DNA from: Escherichia virus TH15
Sequence record: MT446392.1
Direction: 5' to 3' (one strand)
Length of the DNA: 64,000 nt
Below, in pieces: positions 55,802 to 63,664 of the stretch. Under the pieces are notes generated by a model that saw nothing but the letters and a program-made list of their open reading frames with translations, was not told where the DNA came from and did not search any database. The first letter of the stretch is position 1. Every line of letters begins with the position of its first letter. The position numbers were made by a program, and so were the translations under genes.

Positions 55802-56966
55802 TTATAATGCTGATTTTACAGAAGAACAAATCGAATACTTAAAAACTTTGTCTAAAGATGAATTGGAACACCATTTATACAATTCTCAAATGGCTGAAGT
55901 AGCTGCAAACACCGCGCAGATTAACCGTAAACTGCTTATCAATAGCTGTTATGGTGCTCTGGGCAATATCTGGTTCCGTTACTTTGACCTGCGAAATGCA
56001 ACTGCGATTACATCTTTCGGGCAACTTGCATTGCAGTGGATTGAGCGTAAAGTTAACGAATACTTCGATAGTGTTTGTGGTACAAGTGGTGAGACTTACG
56101 TATTCTATGGCGATACTGACTCCATTTATATCCAGTGCGATAACCTGATTAAAAAGGTTGGTGGTGAATCTAAATTCCGCGATACAAACCACCTGGTTGA
56201 CTTCATGGACAAGTTTGCAAAAGACCGTCTGGAACCGGCAATTGATAAAGCTTTCCGTGAACTGGCCGAATACATGAACAATAAACAGCACCTTATGTTT
56301 ATGGACCGTGAAGCGATTGCATGTCCTCCGCTGGGTTCTAAAGGCGTGGGTGGATTCTGGACGGCGAAGAAGCGTTATGCGTTGAACGTGTATGATATGG
56401 AAGGCACACGATATGCTGTTCCGAAACTGAAAATTATGGGTCTGGAAACTCAAAAGTCGAGCACTCCAAAAGCATGTCAGAAAGCTCTGAAAGAATGTAT
56501 CCGTCGCATGCTGCAAGAAGGTGAAGAATCTCTGCAGACATACTTCAAGGAATTCAATAAGGAATTTAATGAGCTTAACTACATGACCATCGCAGGTGTA
56601 TCATCGGTTAACAACATCCAGAAATATAATGAGGGCGGTTTCCCTGGATTTAAGTGCCCGGCTCATATCAAAGGTGTGCTTGCATATATGCGTGCAACTA
56701 AAGGGCTGAAGACTGTTCCGCAAATCATGGAAGGGGAAAAGGTGTATGTGCTTCCTCTTAAAGTTGGTAATCCGTTTGGCGAAACCGTGATTGCGTGGCC
56801 ATCAGGGATTGAACTCCCGATTGAAATTCGTGACCAAGTCTTGCAGTGGATGGACTACAACACACTGTTCCAGAAGACTTTTGTTAAGCCATTGACAGGG
56901 TTCTCTGAAGCAGCTAAGGTTGATTACGAGAAAAAAGCATCTCTTTTTGATATGTTTGATTTTTAA
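55791..56966 (+). CDS. 43: DNA polymerase gp43, C-terminal segment (palm/thumb, motif C YGDTDS)
   Basis: Start at Met 11 of ORF 55761..56966; INSCYGALGN and YGDTDSIY polymerase motifs. Confidence 0.85.
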   Translation: MNIDYNADFTEEQIEYLKTLSKDELEHHLYNSQMAEVAANTAQINRKLLINSCYGALGNIWFRYFDLRNATAITSFGQLALQWIERKVNEYFDSVCGTSGETYVFYGDTDSIYIQCDNLIKKVGGESKFRDTNHLVDFMDKFAKDRLEPAIDKAFRELAEYMNNKQHLMFMDREAIACPPLGSKGVGGFWTAKKRYALNVYDMEGTRYAVPKLKIMGLETQKSSTPKACQKALKECIRRMLQEGEESLQTYFKEFNKEFNELNYMTIAGVSSVNNIQKYNEGGFPGFKCPAHIKGVLAYMRATKGLKTVPQIMEGEKVYVLPLKVGNPFGETVIAWPSGIELPIEIRDQVLQWMDYNTLFQKTFVKPLTGFSEAAKVDYEKKASLFDMFDF

Positions 56967-57038
56967 GTGTTTACAATGGCAAAGGATTGCCGTATGATTA
57001 CTCCATCAATTACTGATGATTAACTTAAGGATATTAAA

Positions 57039-57281
57039 ATGGAAACATTAATTGCGGGTACTGTTGTTCTTGGTGCTGGTTCTTTCTTCTTGGCTGCACT
57101 GACCTATTTTCTACCGTGGATTATCGCGCTACTGCGTGGAACCAAAAGTAATTGCGGAATCTTCTTTGTTAACCTTCTGTTAGGTTGGACAATGGTTGGG
57201 TGGTTTATTGCGTTTATTTGGGCACTCGTTGCTGAACGTAAATCAAACGCACAGTTAATTATCATCAAGGAAACCAAATGA
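57039..57281 (+). CDS. imm: superinfection immunity membrane protein Imm
   Basis: 80 aa with two TM helices, downstream of gene 43 as in T4. Confidence 0.6.
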   Translation: METLIAGTVVLGAGSFFLAALTYFLPWIIALLRGTKSNCGIFFVNLLLGWTMVGWFIAFIWALVAERKSNAQLIIIKETK

Positions 57282-57421
57282 AGATAATTACAATTATTGT
57301 ACTGATTGCATTTTTTAGTATGTCAATCTATTGGGCAATAATGACTCCGCATATGATTCCAACTTTAATTTTGGGTTGGATATTTTTGGGACTCCAAGCC
57401 CGTTATGAATGTTTTAATTGA
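57278..57421 (+). CDS. small hydrophobic peptide (47 aa, imm.1-like by position)
   Basis: Hand-translated MKIITIIVLIAFFSMSIYWAIM...; ATGA overlap with imm. Confidence 0.4.
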   Translation: MKIITIIVLIAFFSMSIYWAIMTPHMIPTLILGWIFLGLQARYECFN

Positions 57422-57431
57422 GGAAAATACA

Positions 57432-57935
57432 ATGAAAAAGTTAGCTATCGCAGCTGTTATGCTGCTATCTGGTTGTGCTTACCAGGGTGATGTAGTTAAT
57501 GTCAGTGAAATTGGTAAAGCGCGAATTGCTGCAGACCGTCAGGTGCATAATGGTTCCTTTGATTTCAAAGGTGGTACTGGGCTTATCTACAAACGCGACA
57601 ATAGTCAGTGTGGAAATAACTGCGCGAAATATGCTCAACAAGAAATTGAGTACAAACGCGAGCAAGCTGCGAAGCATGATGAAGTAATCGCTAAATTAGA
57701 AGCAGAAACTAAGCGACAAAATGACTTGGATACTGTTAACCAGATTTCACAGGTCTGCATGTCTTACATCAATATGCAGATAAACATCATGCGCGCGGAA
57801 GCTTATCAGGCAGCGGAGACTGGTTCTCCAAAAGCCAATGAGTATCGCGATATGTATCAGCGTTCTGCTCAAAATCGTCTGAGCTATATTAATAAATGTG
57901 TGGCTAAAGAGAAAGCCCGCCAAGGTATTAACTAA
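57432..57935 (+). CDS. lipoprotein (candidate superinfection-exclusion factor)
   Basis: Start at Met 10 of ORF 57405..57935; signal peptide plus lipobox LLSGC; occupies the interval where T4 has genes 42 and beta-gt. Confidence 0.5.
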   Translation: MKKLAIAAVMLLSGCAYQGDVVNVSEIGKARIAADRQVHNGSFDFKGGTGLIYKRDNSQCGNNCAKYAQQEIEYKREQAAKHDEVIAKLEAETKRQNDLDTVNQISQVCMSYINMQINIMRAEAYQAAETGSPKANEYRDMYQRSAQNRLSYINKCVAKEKARQGIN

Positions 57936-57942
57936 CATTAAT

Positions 57943-57969
57943 TGCTCTAAAAATACAGTGATATAATTA
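57943..57969 (+). promoter_or_regulatory. possible MotA-type middle promoter upstream of uvsX
   Basis: MotA-box-like TTGCTCTA, about 13 nt, then TATAAT (57964-57969). Confidence 0.3.
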
Positions 57970-58020
57970 TCCTATCTTAAACCTGTGAGAAAAATATAAT
58001 GGTGCCTATGGAAAAAATGA

Positions 58021-59199
58021 ATGTCTATTGCAGATTTGAAATCCCGTTTGATTAAAGCTTCTACATCCAAAATGACCGCGACTCTTACCAAGTCCAAGTT
58101 TTTTAATGATAAAGATGTAGTTCGTACAAAAATCCCGATGCTGAACATTGCAATCAGCGGTGCACTAGATGGTGGTATGCAGTCAGGTTTGACTATTTTT
58201 GCTGGTCCGTCAAAACACTTTAAATCCAATATGGGTTTAACGATGGTCTCTGCATATATGAACAAATACCCCGAAGCAATCTGTTTGTTCTATGATTCAG
58301 AATTTGGTATCACAGAAGCCTATCTGCGTGCAATGAAAGTAGACCCGGAACGTGTTATTCATACACCAATCCAGTCGGTTGAACAATTGAAAGTTGATAT
58401 GGTTAACCAGCTTGAAGCAATTGAGCGTGGTGAAAAAGTCATTATCTTTATTGACTCAATCGGTAACATGGCGTCGAAAAAAGAAACAGAAGATGCGATG
58501 AACGAAAAAGTCGTTGGTGATATGACTCGCGCTAAATCCCTGAAATCTCTGTTCCGTATTGTTACCCCATATTTTAGTATCAAGGATATTCCTTGTGTCG
58601 CGGTTAACCATACAATTGAGACGATTGAGATGTATAGCAAAACCGTTATGACCGGTGGTACAGGTGTTATGTATTCTGCGGACACCGTATTCATTATCGG
58701 CAAACGCCAGATTAAAGAAACCGGTAAAGAGCTTGAAGGTTTCCAATTTGTACTGAACGCCGAAAAATCTCGTATGGTCAAAGAGAAAAGTAAATTCTTC
58801 ATTGATGTAAAATTCGATGGTGGTATTGACCCGTATTCTGGCCTGCTTGATATGGCAATGGAAATTGGATTTGTGGTGAAGCCGAAAGTTGGTTGGTATA
58901 ACCGTGAATATCTTGATGTTGAGACCGGTGAAATGGTCCGCGAAGAAAAATCATGGCGAGCAAAAGATACTAACTGCACTGAATTCTGGGGCCCGCTGTT
59001 CAAGCACGAACCTTTCCGTGATGCAATCAAACGTCATTACCAACTGGGTGCAATCGATAGCAATGCTGTTGTTGATGCCGAAGTTGATGAGCTTATTAGT
59101 TCGAAAGTTGAAAAATACTCTGCACCAGAAGGCAAATCAAAACCATCTGCGGCAGACATCGAAAACGATTTAGATATGATGGAAGACCTTGATGAGTGA
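58021..59199 (+). CDS. uvsX: recombinase UvsX (RecA-like)
   Basis: 392 aa; ...LKSRLIKASTSKMTA...KIPMLNIAISGALDGGMQSGLTIFAGPSKHFKSN... closely parallels T4 UvsX. Confidence 0.9.
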   Translation: MSIADLKSRLIKASTSKMTATLTKSKFFNDKDVVRTKIPMLNIAISGALDGGMQSGLTIFAGPSKHFKSNMGLTMVSAYMNKYPEAICLFYDSEFGITEAYLRAMKVDPERVIHTPIQSVEQLKVDMVNQLEAIERGEKVIIFIDSIGNMASKKETEDAMNEKVVGDMTRAKSLKSLFRIVTPYFSIKDIPCVAVNHTIETIEMYSKTVMTGGTGVMYSADTVFIIGKRQIKETGKELEGFQFVLNAEKSRMVKEKSKFFIDVKFDGGIDPYSGLLDMAMEIGFVVKPKVGWYNREYLDVETGEMVREEKSWRAKDTNCTEFWGPLFKHEPFRDAIKRHYQLGAIDSNAVVDAEVDELISSKVEKYSAPEGKSKPSAADIENDLDMMEDLDE

Positions 59200-59533
59200 T
59201 ATCGATTTATCTGATTTAGATAATTTCGAGAAAGATGCGGAGGGAGCTAAGGCTCCTTCTGTGCCTTACTACGAAAAAAGTTTGGAGATTATCCGGCAAT
59301 CCATGGGAACTGTACGACAGGAAATTCTGTTATCACTTCCCGATGGGTCCAGTCACATCGTGTACGTAACCGGAATTAAAATTGAACCATCTGGAAAAGT
59401 TTCAGTTGATTTCGGCACCCCTTCTGAAGACCGCAAAGCGGAGCTTGCAGTGCATGTAGAAAAGTGTGTTACAATGCAAATACAAGATGAAATTGATAAG
59501 ATTAAAATGAAAAAGAGGTGGTGGAAGTGGTAG
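59189..59533 (+). CDS. 40: gp40-like protein
   Basis: 114-aa ORF between uvsX and gene 41 as in T4. Confidence 0.5.
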   Translation: MMSDIDLSDLDNFEKDAEGAKAPSVPYYEKSLEIIRQSMGTVRQEILLSLPDGSSHIVYVTGIKIEPSGKVSVDFGTPSEDRKAELAVHVEKCVTMQIQDEIDKIKMKKRWWKW

Positions 59534-60957
59534 AAACTATTTTATCCCAGCTACTCTTTAACAAGGAATATTTTGTTAAAGTCTGGCCATATCTGAATAA
59601 TACATATTTTGAAAAGGGTCCTGCGAAGACCCTTTTTAATACGATTAACGAACATGTAAAAGAATATCAAGCAGTGCCAACTAAGACTGCACTTGATATC
59701 GCGCTCGACGGTTCTGACCTTTCTGAAGTTGAATATGAAGGCACAAAGAAACTCTTAGGAGTCCTGGCCGATACTCCAGAAGACCAGGAATGGTTGGTCA
59801 GAGAAACCGAGAAGTATGTACAGAAGTCTGCGATGTTCAATGCCACATCCAGGATTATCGAAATCCAGAGTAATGCCGAACTTCCGAAAGATAAGCGTGA
59901 TAAACGAATCCCGGATATCGGGGCTATCCCTGACATTATGCGCGATGCATTGTCTATTTGTTTTGACTCTGCTCTGGGCCATGACTGGTTAAACGATTAC
60001 GAAGCTCGATTCCAGACTTATCTGAACAAATCGAAGAAAGTTCCGTTCCGTATTAACATCCTGAATAAAATTACGAAGGGTGGAGTTGAGTACGGTACAG
60101 AGAACGTTTTACTAGCCGGGACAAACGTCGGGAAATCCCTTGGACTCTGTTCATTAGCCGCTGACTATCTTCAGACTGGTCATAACGTTCTTTATATAAG
60201 CATGGAAATGGCTGAAGAAGTATGTGCCAAACGTATTGATGCCAACTTGCTGGATGTGTCTCTGGATGATATTGATGAAGGTCATATATCATGGGCGGAA
60301 TATAAAGCTAAGATGGAAAAATGGCGTGCTTCCGGGACTCTCGGGACTCTGAAGATAAAACAATATCCAACTGGGGGCGCGCATGCGGATACCTTCCGTG
60401 CATTACTGAACGAGTACAAACTGAAGCAAGGATTTGTACCAGATGTGATTATTGTTGACTACCTGGCAATCTGCGCAAGCTCAAGACTGAAAACGTTTAC
60501 CGAAAACAGTTACGGCCTGATTAAGATGGTTGCAGAAGAACTTCGTGGTCTGGCGGTCGAGAAAAATGTGGTCCTATGGACCGCGGCGCAGACAACCAGG
60601 GGCGCGAACGTTGCAGCTGAGATTGATATGGCTGACATCGCAGAATCCTTTGGTATTGCTCACACGGCTGACTTTATGTTGGGTGTTGTTGAGACCGAAG
60701 AATTCGCTCAAATGGGACTGCAGTTAATCAAACAGCTTAAGTCTCGTTATGGCGATAAGAACTACTATAATAAATTCAAGATGGGTGTTAAGAAAGGTAA
60801 TCAACGCTGGTATGAGGTTGATGATGATTCAGCTCCTAAACAAGGCCCTACGGTGAAAGAAGCCACTGGTGAGATGAATCGTCAGGCTGAAATGAATAGA
60901 CAAACCAGGGTCAACAGGAGCGACCTGGATGACCTTGCCGCTCAAATGAAATTTTAA
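59518..60957 (+). CDS. 41: replicative DNA helicase gp41
   Basis: 479 aa with GTG start (59518 or 59527); ...LFNKEYFVKVWPYLNNTYFE...GTNVGKSLGLCSLAADYLQTGHNVLYISMEMAEE... closely parallels T4 gp41. Confidence 0.9.
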   Translation: MVEVVETILSQLLFNKEYFVKVWPYLNNTYFEKGPAKTLFNTINEHVKEYQAVPTKTALDIALDGSDLSEVEYEGTKKLLGVLADTPEDQEWLVRETEKYVQKSAMFNATSRIIEIQSNAELPKDKRDKRIPDIGAIPDIMRDALSICFDSALGHDWLNDYEARFQTYLNKSKKVPFRINILNKITKGGVEYGTENVLLAGTNVGKSLGLCSLAADYLQTGHNVLYISMEMAEEVCAKRIDANLLDVSLDDIDEGHISWAEYKAKMEKWRASGTLGTLKIKQYPTGGAHADTFRALLNEYKLKQGFVPDVIIVDYLAICASSRLKTFTENSYGLIKMVAEELRGLAVEKNVVLWTAAQTTRGANVAAEIDMADIAESFGIAHTADFMLGVVETEEFAQMGLQLIKQLKSRYGDKNYYNKFKMGVKKGNQRWYEVDDDSAPKQGPTVKEATGEMNRQAEMNRQTRVNRSDLDDLAAQMKF

Positions 60958-60968
60958 AATATTTTAAA

Positions 60969-60989
60969 AGGGGCTTACAGCCCCTTTTT
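60969..60989 (+). terminator. rho-independent terminator after gene 41
   Basis: AGGGGC-TTACA-GCCCCT followed by TTTTTC. Confidence 0.65.
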
Positions 60990-61002
60990 CTTATGTTATA
61001 AT
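60973..61002 (+). promoter_or_regulatory. early promoter overlapping the terminator loop (-35 GCTTAC, -10 TATAAT)
   Basis: 18-nt spacer; leader GACCCTATCAACTACTGGAG. Confidence 0.45.
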
Positions 61003-61028
61003 GACCCTATCAACTACTGGAGAATAAA

Positions 61029-61346
61029 ATGAAAACTATTGATTGCAAAGCGGAATACAAAGTTTATTATCATGGCTCAAGCTCTAATGCTGGAATCCAA
61101 AATATGCTTTGCCCTCCTGATGCAACTGGTGTTCTGTCAGAAGTTGGGCGCAAGAAAAATTTAGGGCGTGTGTTTTTTACTGAAGATATTGGTTTGGCAC
61201 GTATCTATGCAGGAAGAGCAGCTCGTTCAGTGGGAGGAGAACCCCGTCTTTATCGTGTGATTGCACCTGTTGATGTGGTTTGTTTAAATGATACTAAAGG
61301 CGCAACAGTTTATCACGCAGACTGGGCGTTTTGTGAGGAAATCTAA
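61029..61346 (+). CDS. small protein with ADP-ribosyltransferase-fold-like H-G-S motif (tentative)
   Basis: 105 aa; KVYYHGSSSNAGIQNML...GRVFFTEDIGLARIYA resembles the H-G-S ... aromatic ... acidic layout of PARP/Tpt1-type folds. Confidence 0.3.
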   Translation: MKTIDCKAEYKVYYHGSSSNAGIQNMLCPPDATGVLSEVGRKKNLGRVFFTEDIGLARIYAGRAARSVGGEPRLYRVIAPVDVVCLNDTKGATVYHADWAFCEEI

Positions 61347-61559
61347 ATGTATAAATTAGAGAACGTAGTGTTTATTGGTTGGTTTGAAAATGGTAATATG
61401 TTTACCAAAGAAACCGCGCTGGATGTTAGTGACCAAAAAATGATTGAATGGGTTACGGTGCAGTATGCAGAGGTGAATAATGCGCTGGTGAAAGCCTTTG
61501 TTAATGACAATAAAGTTTTTGAATGTGATTATCGTATCCACTTATCTGAGGAAATCTAA
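61347..61559 (+). CDS. hypothetical small protein, paralogue of 61560..61901
   Basis: 70 aa; shares the ...NNALVKAFVNDNKVFECD block with the next ORF; junction GAGGAAATCTAAATG on both sides. Confidence 0.45.
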   Translation: MYKLENVVFIGWFENGNMFTKETALDVSDQKMIEWVTVQYAEVNNALVKAFVNDNKVFECDYRIHLSEEI

Positions 61560-61901
61560 ATGGCTTTTAATCCAGAAGACCGCGTAAAAGTAACAATCAA
61601 AGTGAGTGCTGTTGGCGTTCCATCTTTTGAGCGCTCAAGTATGTTCCATCCCGCAGGTATTCACTGGTATGTTCAGAAGACTGCTGATAACTATAATGCG
61701 CTTGTTGAAGCTTTTGTTGATGACAAGCTAATTCATAAAGTAGACATGCGTAAGGGTACCGCATTGCGTAATCTGATTTTGACCGTTGAAGCGCAACTGT
61801 TAAATGAAGAAATCTGCCTTACTGATATTGAAGCAGCTCTTCATATTGCACGTGCTGAATATTACAACTTGACCGGTTTTTCAGTTGAAGGCGAAAAATA
61901 A
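61560..61901 (+). CDS. hypothetical protein, paralogue of 61347..61559
   Basis: 113 aa; shares the ...YNALVEAFVDDKLIHKVD block. Confidence 0.45.
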   Translation: MAFNPEDRVKVTIKVSAVGVPSFERSSMFHPAGIHWYVQKTADNYNALVEAFVDDKLIHKVDMRKGTALRNLILTVEAQLLNEEICLTDIEAALHIARAEYYNLTGFSVEGEK

Positions 61902-61936
61902 GTGTACAACAAAGGGATAATGCAGTATATTATCCC
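61902..61936 (+). promoter_or_regulatory. early promoter cassette: -35 GTGTAC, -10 TATATT inside palindrome GGGATAA...TATCCC
   Basis: 18-nt spacer; leader ATCAACTACTGAGGAG. Confidence 0.55.
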
Positions 61937-61959
61937 TATCAACTACTGAGGAGATTGAA

Positions 61960-62253
61960 ATGAAAAAGTTATTAATCGCGGCAATTCTTACCGTAGCATC
62001 ATGTGGTACAGCTCCTGTAACCGCTGGACTTGATAAAGACCTTTGTGAGTGGTCTATGACTGCTGACCAGACTGATGTTGAACATCAGATTTATGCTGAT
62101 ATCATGAATATTACTAAACGTGACCGCCCAGATATGGTTAAAGAAGTATCTGACCAACTGGCTTCTGGCGACGTTATGCAGTATAACTATGTTCTGTATT
62201 GCGATGCTTCATTTGACAACAGCAAGATTGTTCAATGGGTTACAGGTGAATAA
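61960..62253 (+). CDS. putative lipoprotein
   Basis: 97 aa; signal peptide with lipobox TVASC. Confidence 0.5.
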   Translation: MKKLLIAAILTVASCGTAPVTAGLDKDLCEWSMTADQTDVEHQIYADIMNITKRDRPDMVKEVSDQLASGDVMQYNYVLYCDASFDNSKIVQWVTGE

Positions 62254-62254
62254 A

Positions 62255-62695
62255 ATGATTAACAGAAATTTAGTTATCAAAAAACTTCGTTGTAAAAATC
62301 AAAATGCACAGGCATACAGGATGTTTTGGAGCGACGACCCCATCCAATACCTGGGTTATTTTCTTGTTGATAGTGATAATAGAATTACGTTTGCTCATAA
62401 ACTTCTTAACAAAGAATTAAACCATTGGCAAGAACTTATTGCGGTCAAGTCTAAATTATTTTCGCGCAATACAATGCACCAATTGGTTTATTTTTTCGCT
62501 GATGGTATTCCTGACAAGGTTGAATTTGATGGGTTTGAATTTAAAGACATCAACCCTGATAATGAATTGAATGACAGTATTGTTAATATGGGTATCCCGG
62601 GTAAGTACATCAAAAACAGTCTTTTGAAACTTCTGGAAACTCCTGTATATTCAGTTGACGACCAAATTTTTAATGCCTTCATGAAGCGAGATTAA
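62255..62695 (+). CDS. hypothetical protein, C-terminal DDQIFNAFMKRD tail
   Basis: Start at Met 46 of ORF 62120..62695, directly after the upstream stop; C-terminal tail shared with the next gene. Confidence 0.45.
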   Translation: MINRNLVIKKLRCKNQNAQAYRMFWSDDPIQYLGYFLVDSDNRITFAHKLLNKELNHWQELIAVKSKLFSRNTMHQLVYFFADGIPDKVEFDGFEFKDINPDNELNDSIVNMGIPGKYIKNSLLKLLETPVYSVDDQIFNAFMKRD

Positions 62696-62696
62696 T

Positions 62697-63056
62697 ATGA
62701 GTTATTATAATTTTCTGAATTTTGAACTGGTGAGCAATAATGATGGTAATGCCCGTTATGAATTTCGTGAGCCTCGGTTTAATCAGGCGATTGGTTATAT
62801 TATCGTTAAAGATGATGTTATCATAAAGGCTCGCTCATTTATGGTAATGAGTGGACCTTATGAAGATACTCGTGGCTATCCATTTGATAAAAAGAATGTA
62901 CGCGATTGTGCAGCATGGATAACCGGAAACCCTGAAATTGGGGTCATGATATCTACTGAAGCAAATGACATTCTGGAAGGGGCTTGGGTTAAAGCTCAAG
63001 AACTGCCTACTGATATTGATGACCAGATTTTTAATGCCTTCATGAAGCGAGGTTAA
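62697..63056 (+). CDS. hypothetical protein, C-terminal DDQIFNAFMKRG tail
   Basis: 119 aa; the last 12 codons plus stop/start junction are near-identical to those of the preceding gene. Confidence 0.45.
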   Translation: MSYYNFLNFELVSNNDGNARYEFREPRFNQAIGYIIVKDDVIIKARSFMVMSGPYEDTRGYPFDKKNVRDCAAWITGNPEIGVMISTEANDILEGAWVKAQELPTDIDDQIFNAFMKRG

Positions 63057-63057
63057 T

Positions 63058-63279
63058 ATGTTTGTTTTGACCCAATTCTCTAAAGCAATATATAGTTACT
63101 CTTGTCAGTGGGAAGTCTTTATTGATACTCCTTCGCCTAAGTATGGTGTTTTTGGACGAGTAACTACACAAGCTTACGTTGCGCGACCGACTAAACGTCA
63201 GATTCGTAAGCTTAAAAAGGCACATCGTCAATTGATTAAAAGAAGGGAACAATATGAGTGCAATGTGTACGGGCTCTAA
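63058..63279 (+). CDS. hypothetical basic small protein
   Basis: 73-aa ORF, translationally coupled. Confidence 0.4.
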   Translation: MFVLTQFSKAIYSYSCQWEVFIDTPSPKYGVFGRVTTQAYVARPTKRQIRKLKKAHRQLIKRREQYECNVYGL

Positions 63280-63445
63280 GATTTCGGTCTTCCAGATTTT
63301 TGAAGAATATGAAATCGTGTCGCAAGACCAAGAAGCAATCCATGTTATCGCTGATGATGGTGTTACCTGGATTATTCCATTGTATCATGAAGACACTTAT
63401 GAAGTGACTGATGCAAATGGTGATAAAGCTATCTTCGTTGTATAA
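63254..63445 (+). CDS. hypothetical small protein
   Basis: 63-aa ORF. Confidence 0.4.
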   Translation: MSAMCTGSKISVFQIFEEYEIVSQDQEAIHVIADDGVTWIIPLYHEDTYEVTDANGDKAIFVV

Positions 63446-63447
63446 AT
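63440..63447 (+). promoter_or_regulatory. putative late promoter TATAAATA
   Basis: Exact TATAAATA about 17 nt upstream of the ATG at 63464. Confidence 0.4.
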
Positions 63448-63463
63448 AGCGGAAAGGGGGTGT

Positions 63464-63631
63464 TATGAAAACATTCAAAGATTTTATAAACGAAGATATG
63501 GTTGCAGGTGATGCAGGTGGAAACCCAACTAATATCGCAACAGGTACCACTTCCGGGGCAGTTGTCAATAAAGGCCCTGAACAAATCCCATCAAAAAAGC
63601 GTAAGAATAAAGACGATAAACCTACAGTATA
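63464..63631 (+). CDS. small protein with capsid-targeting-type N-terminus (MKTFKDFINE; 55 aa, below the ORF-track cutoff)
   Basis: Hand-translated MKTFKDFINEDMVAGDAGGNPTNIATGTTSGAVVNKGPEQIPSKKRKNKDDKPTV; SD aaaggggg; preceded by a late-promoter motif. Confidence 0.45.
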
Positions 63632-63664
63632 ATGGTCCTTCGGGGCCATTGAAATGAGGAAACT

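Noticed and set aside
55875-56516. 213-aa minus-strand ORF
   Set aside because: Entirely antisense to the C-terminal DNA polymerase ORF, which has clear catalytic motifs; shadow ORF. The same applies to other minus-strand ORFs inside plus-strand genes, e.g. 58359..59030 (in uvsX), 13708..14250, 17227..17769, 20319..20717, 11330..11737, 45506..45880 and 46159..46566.
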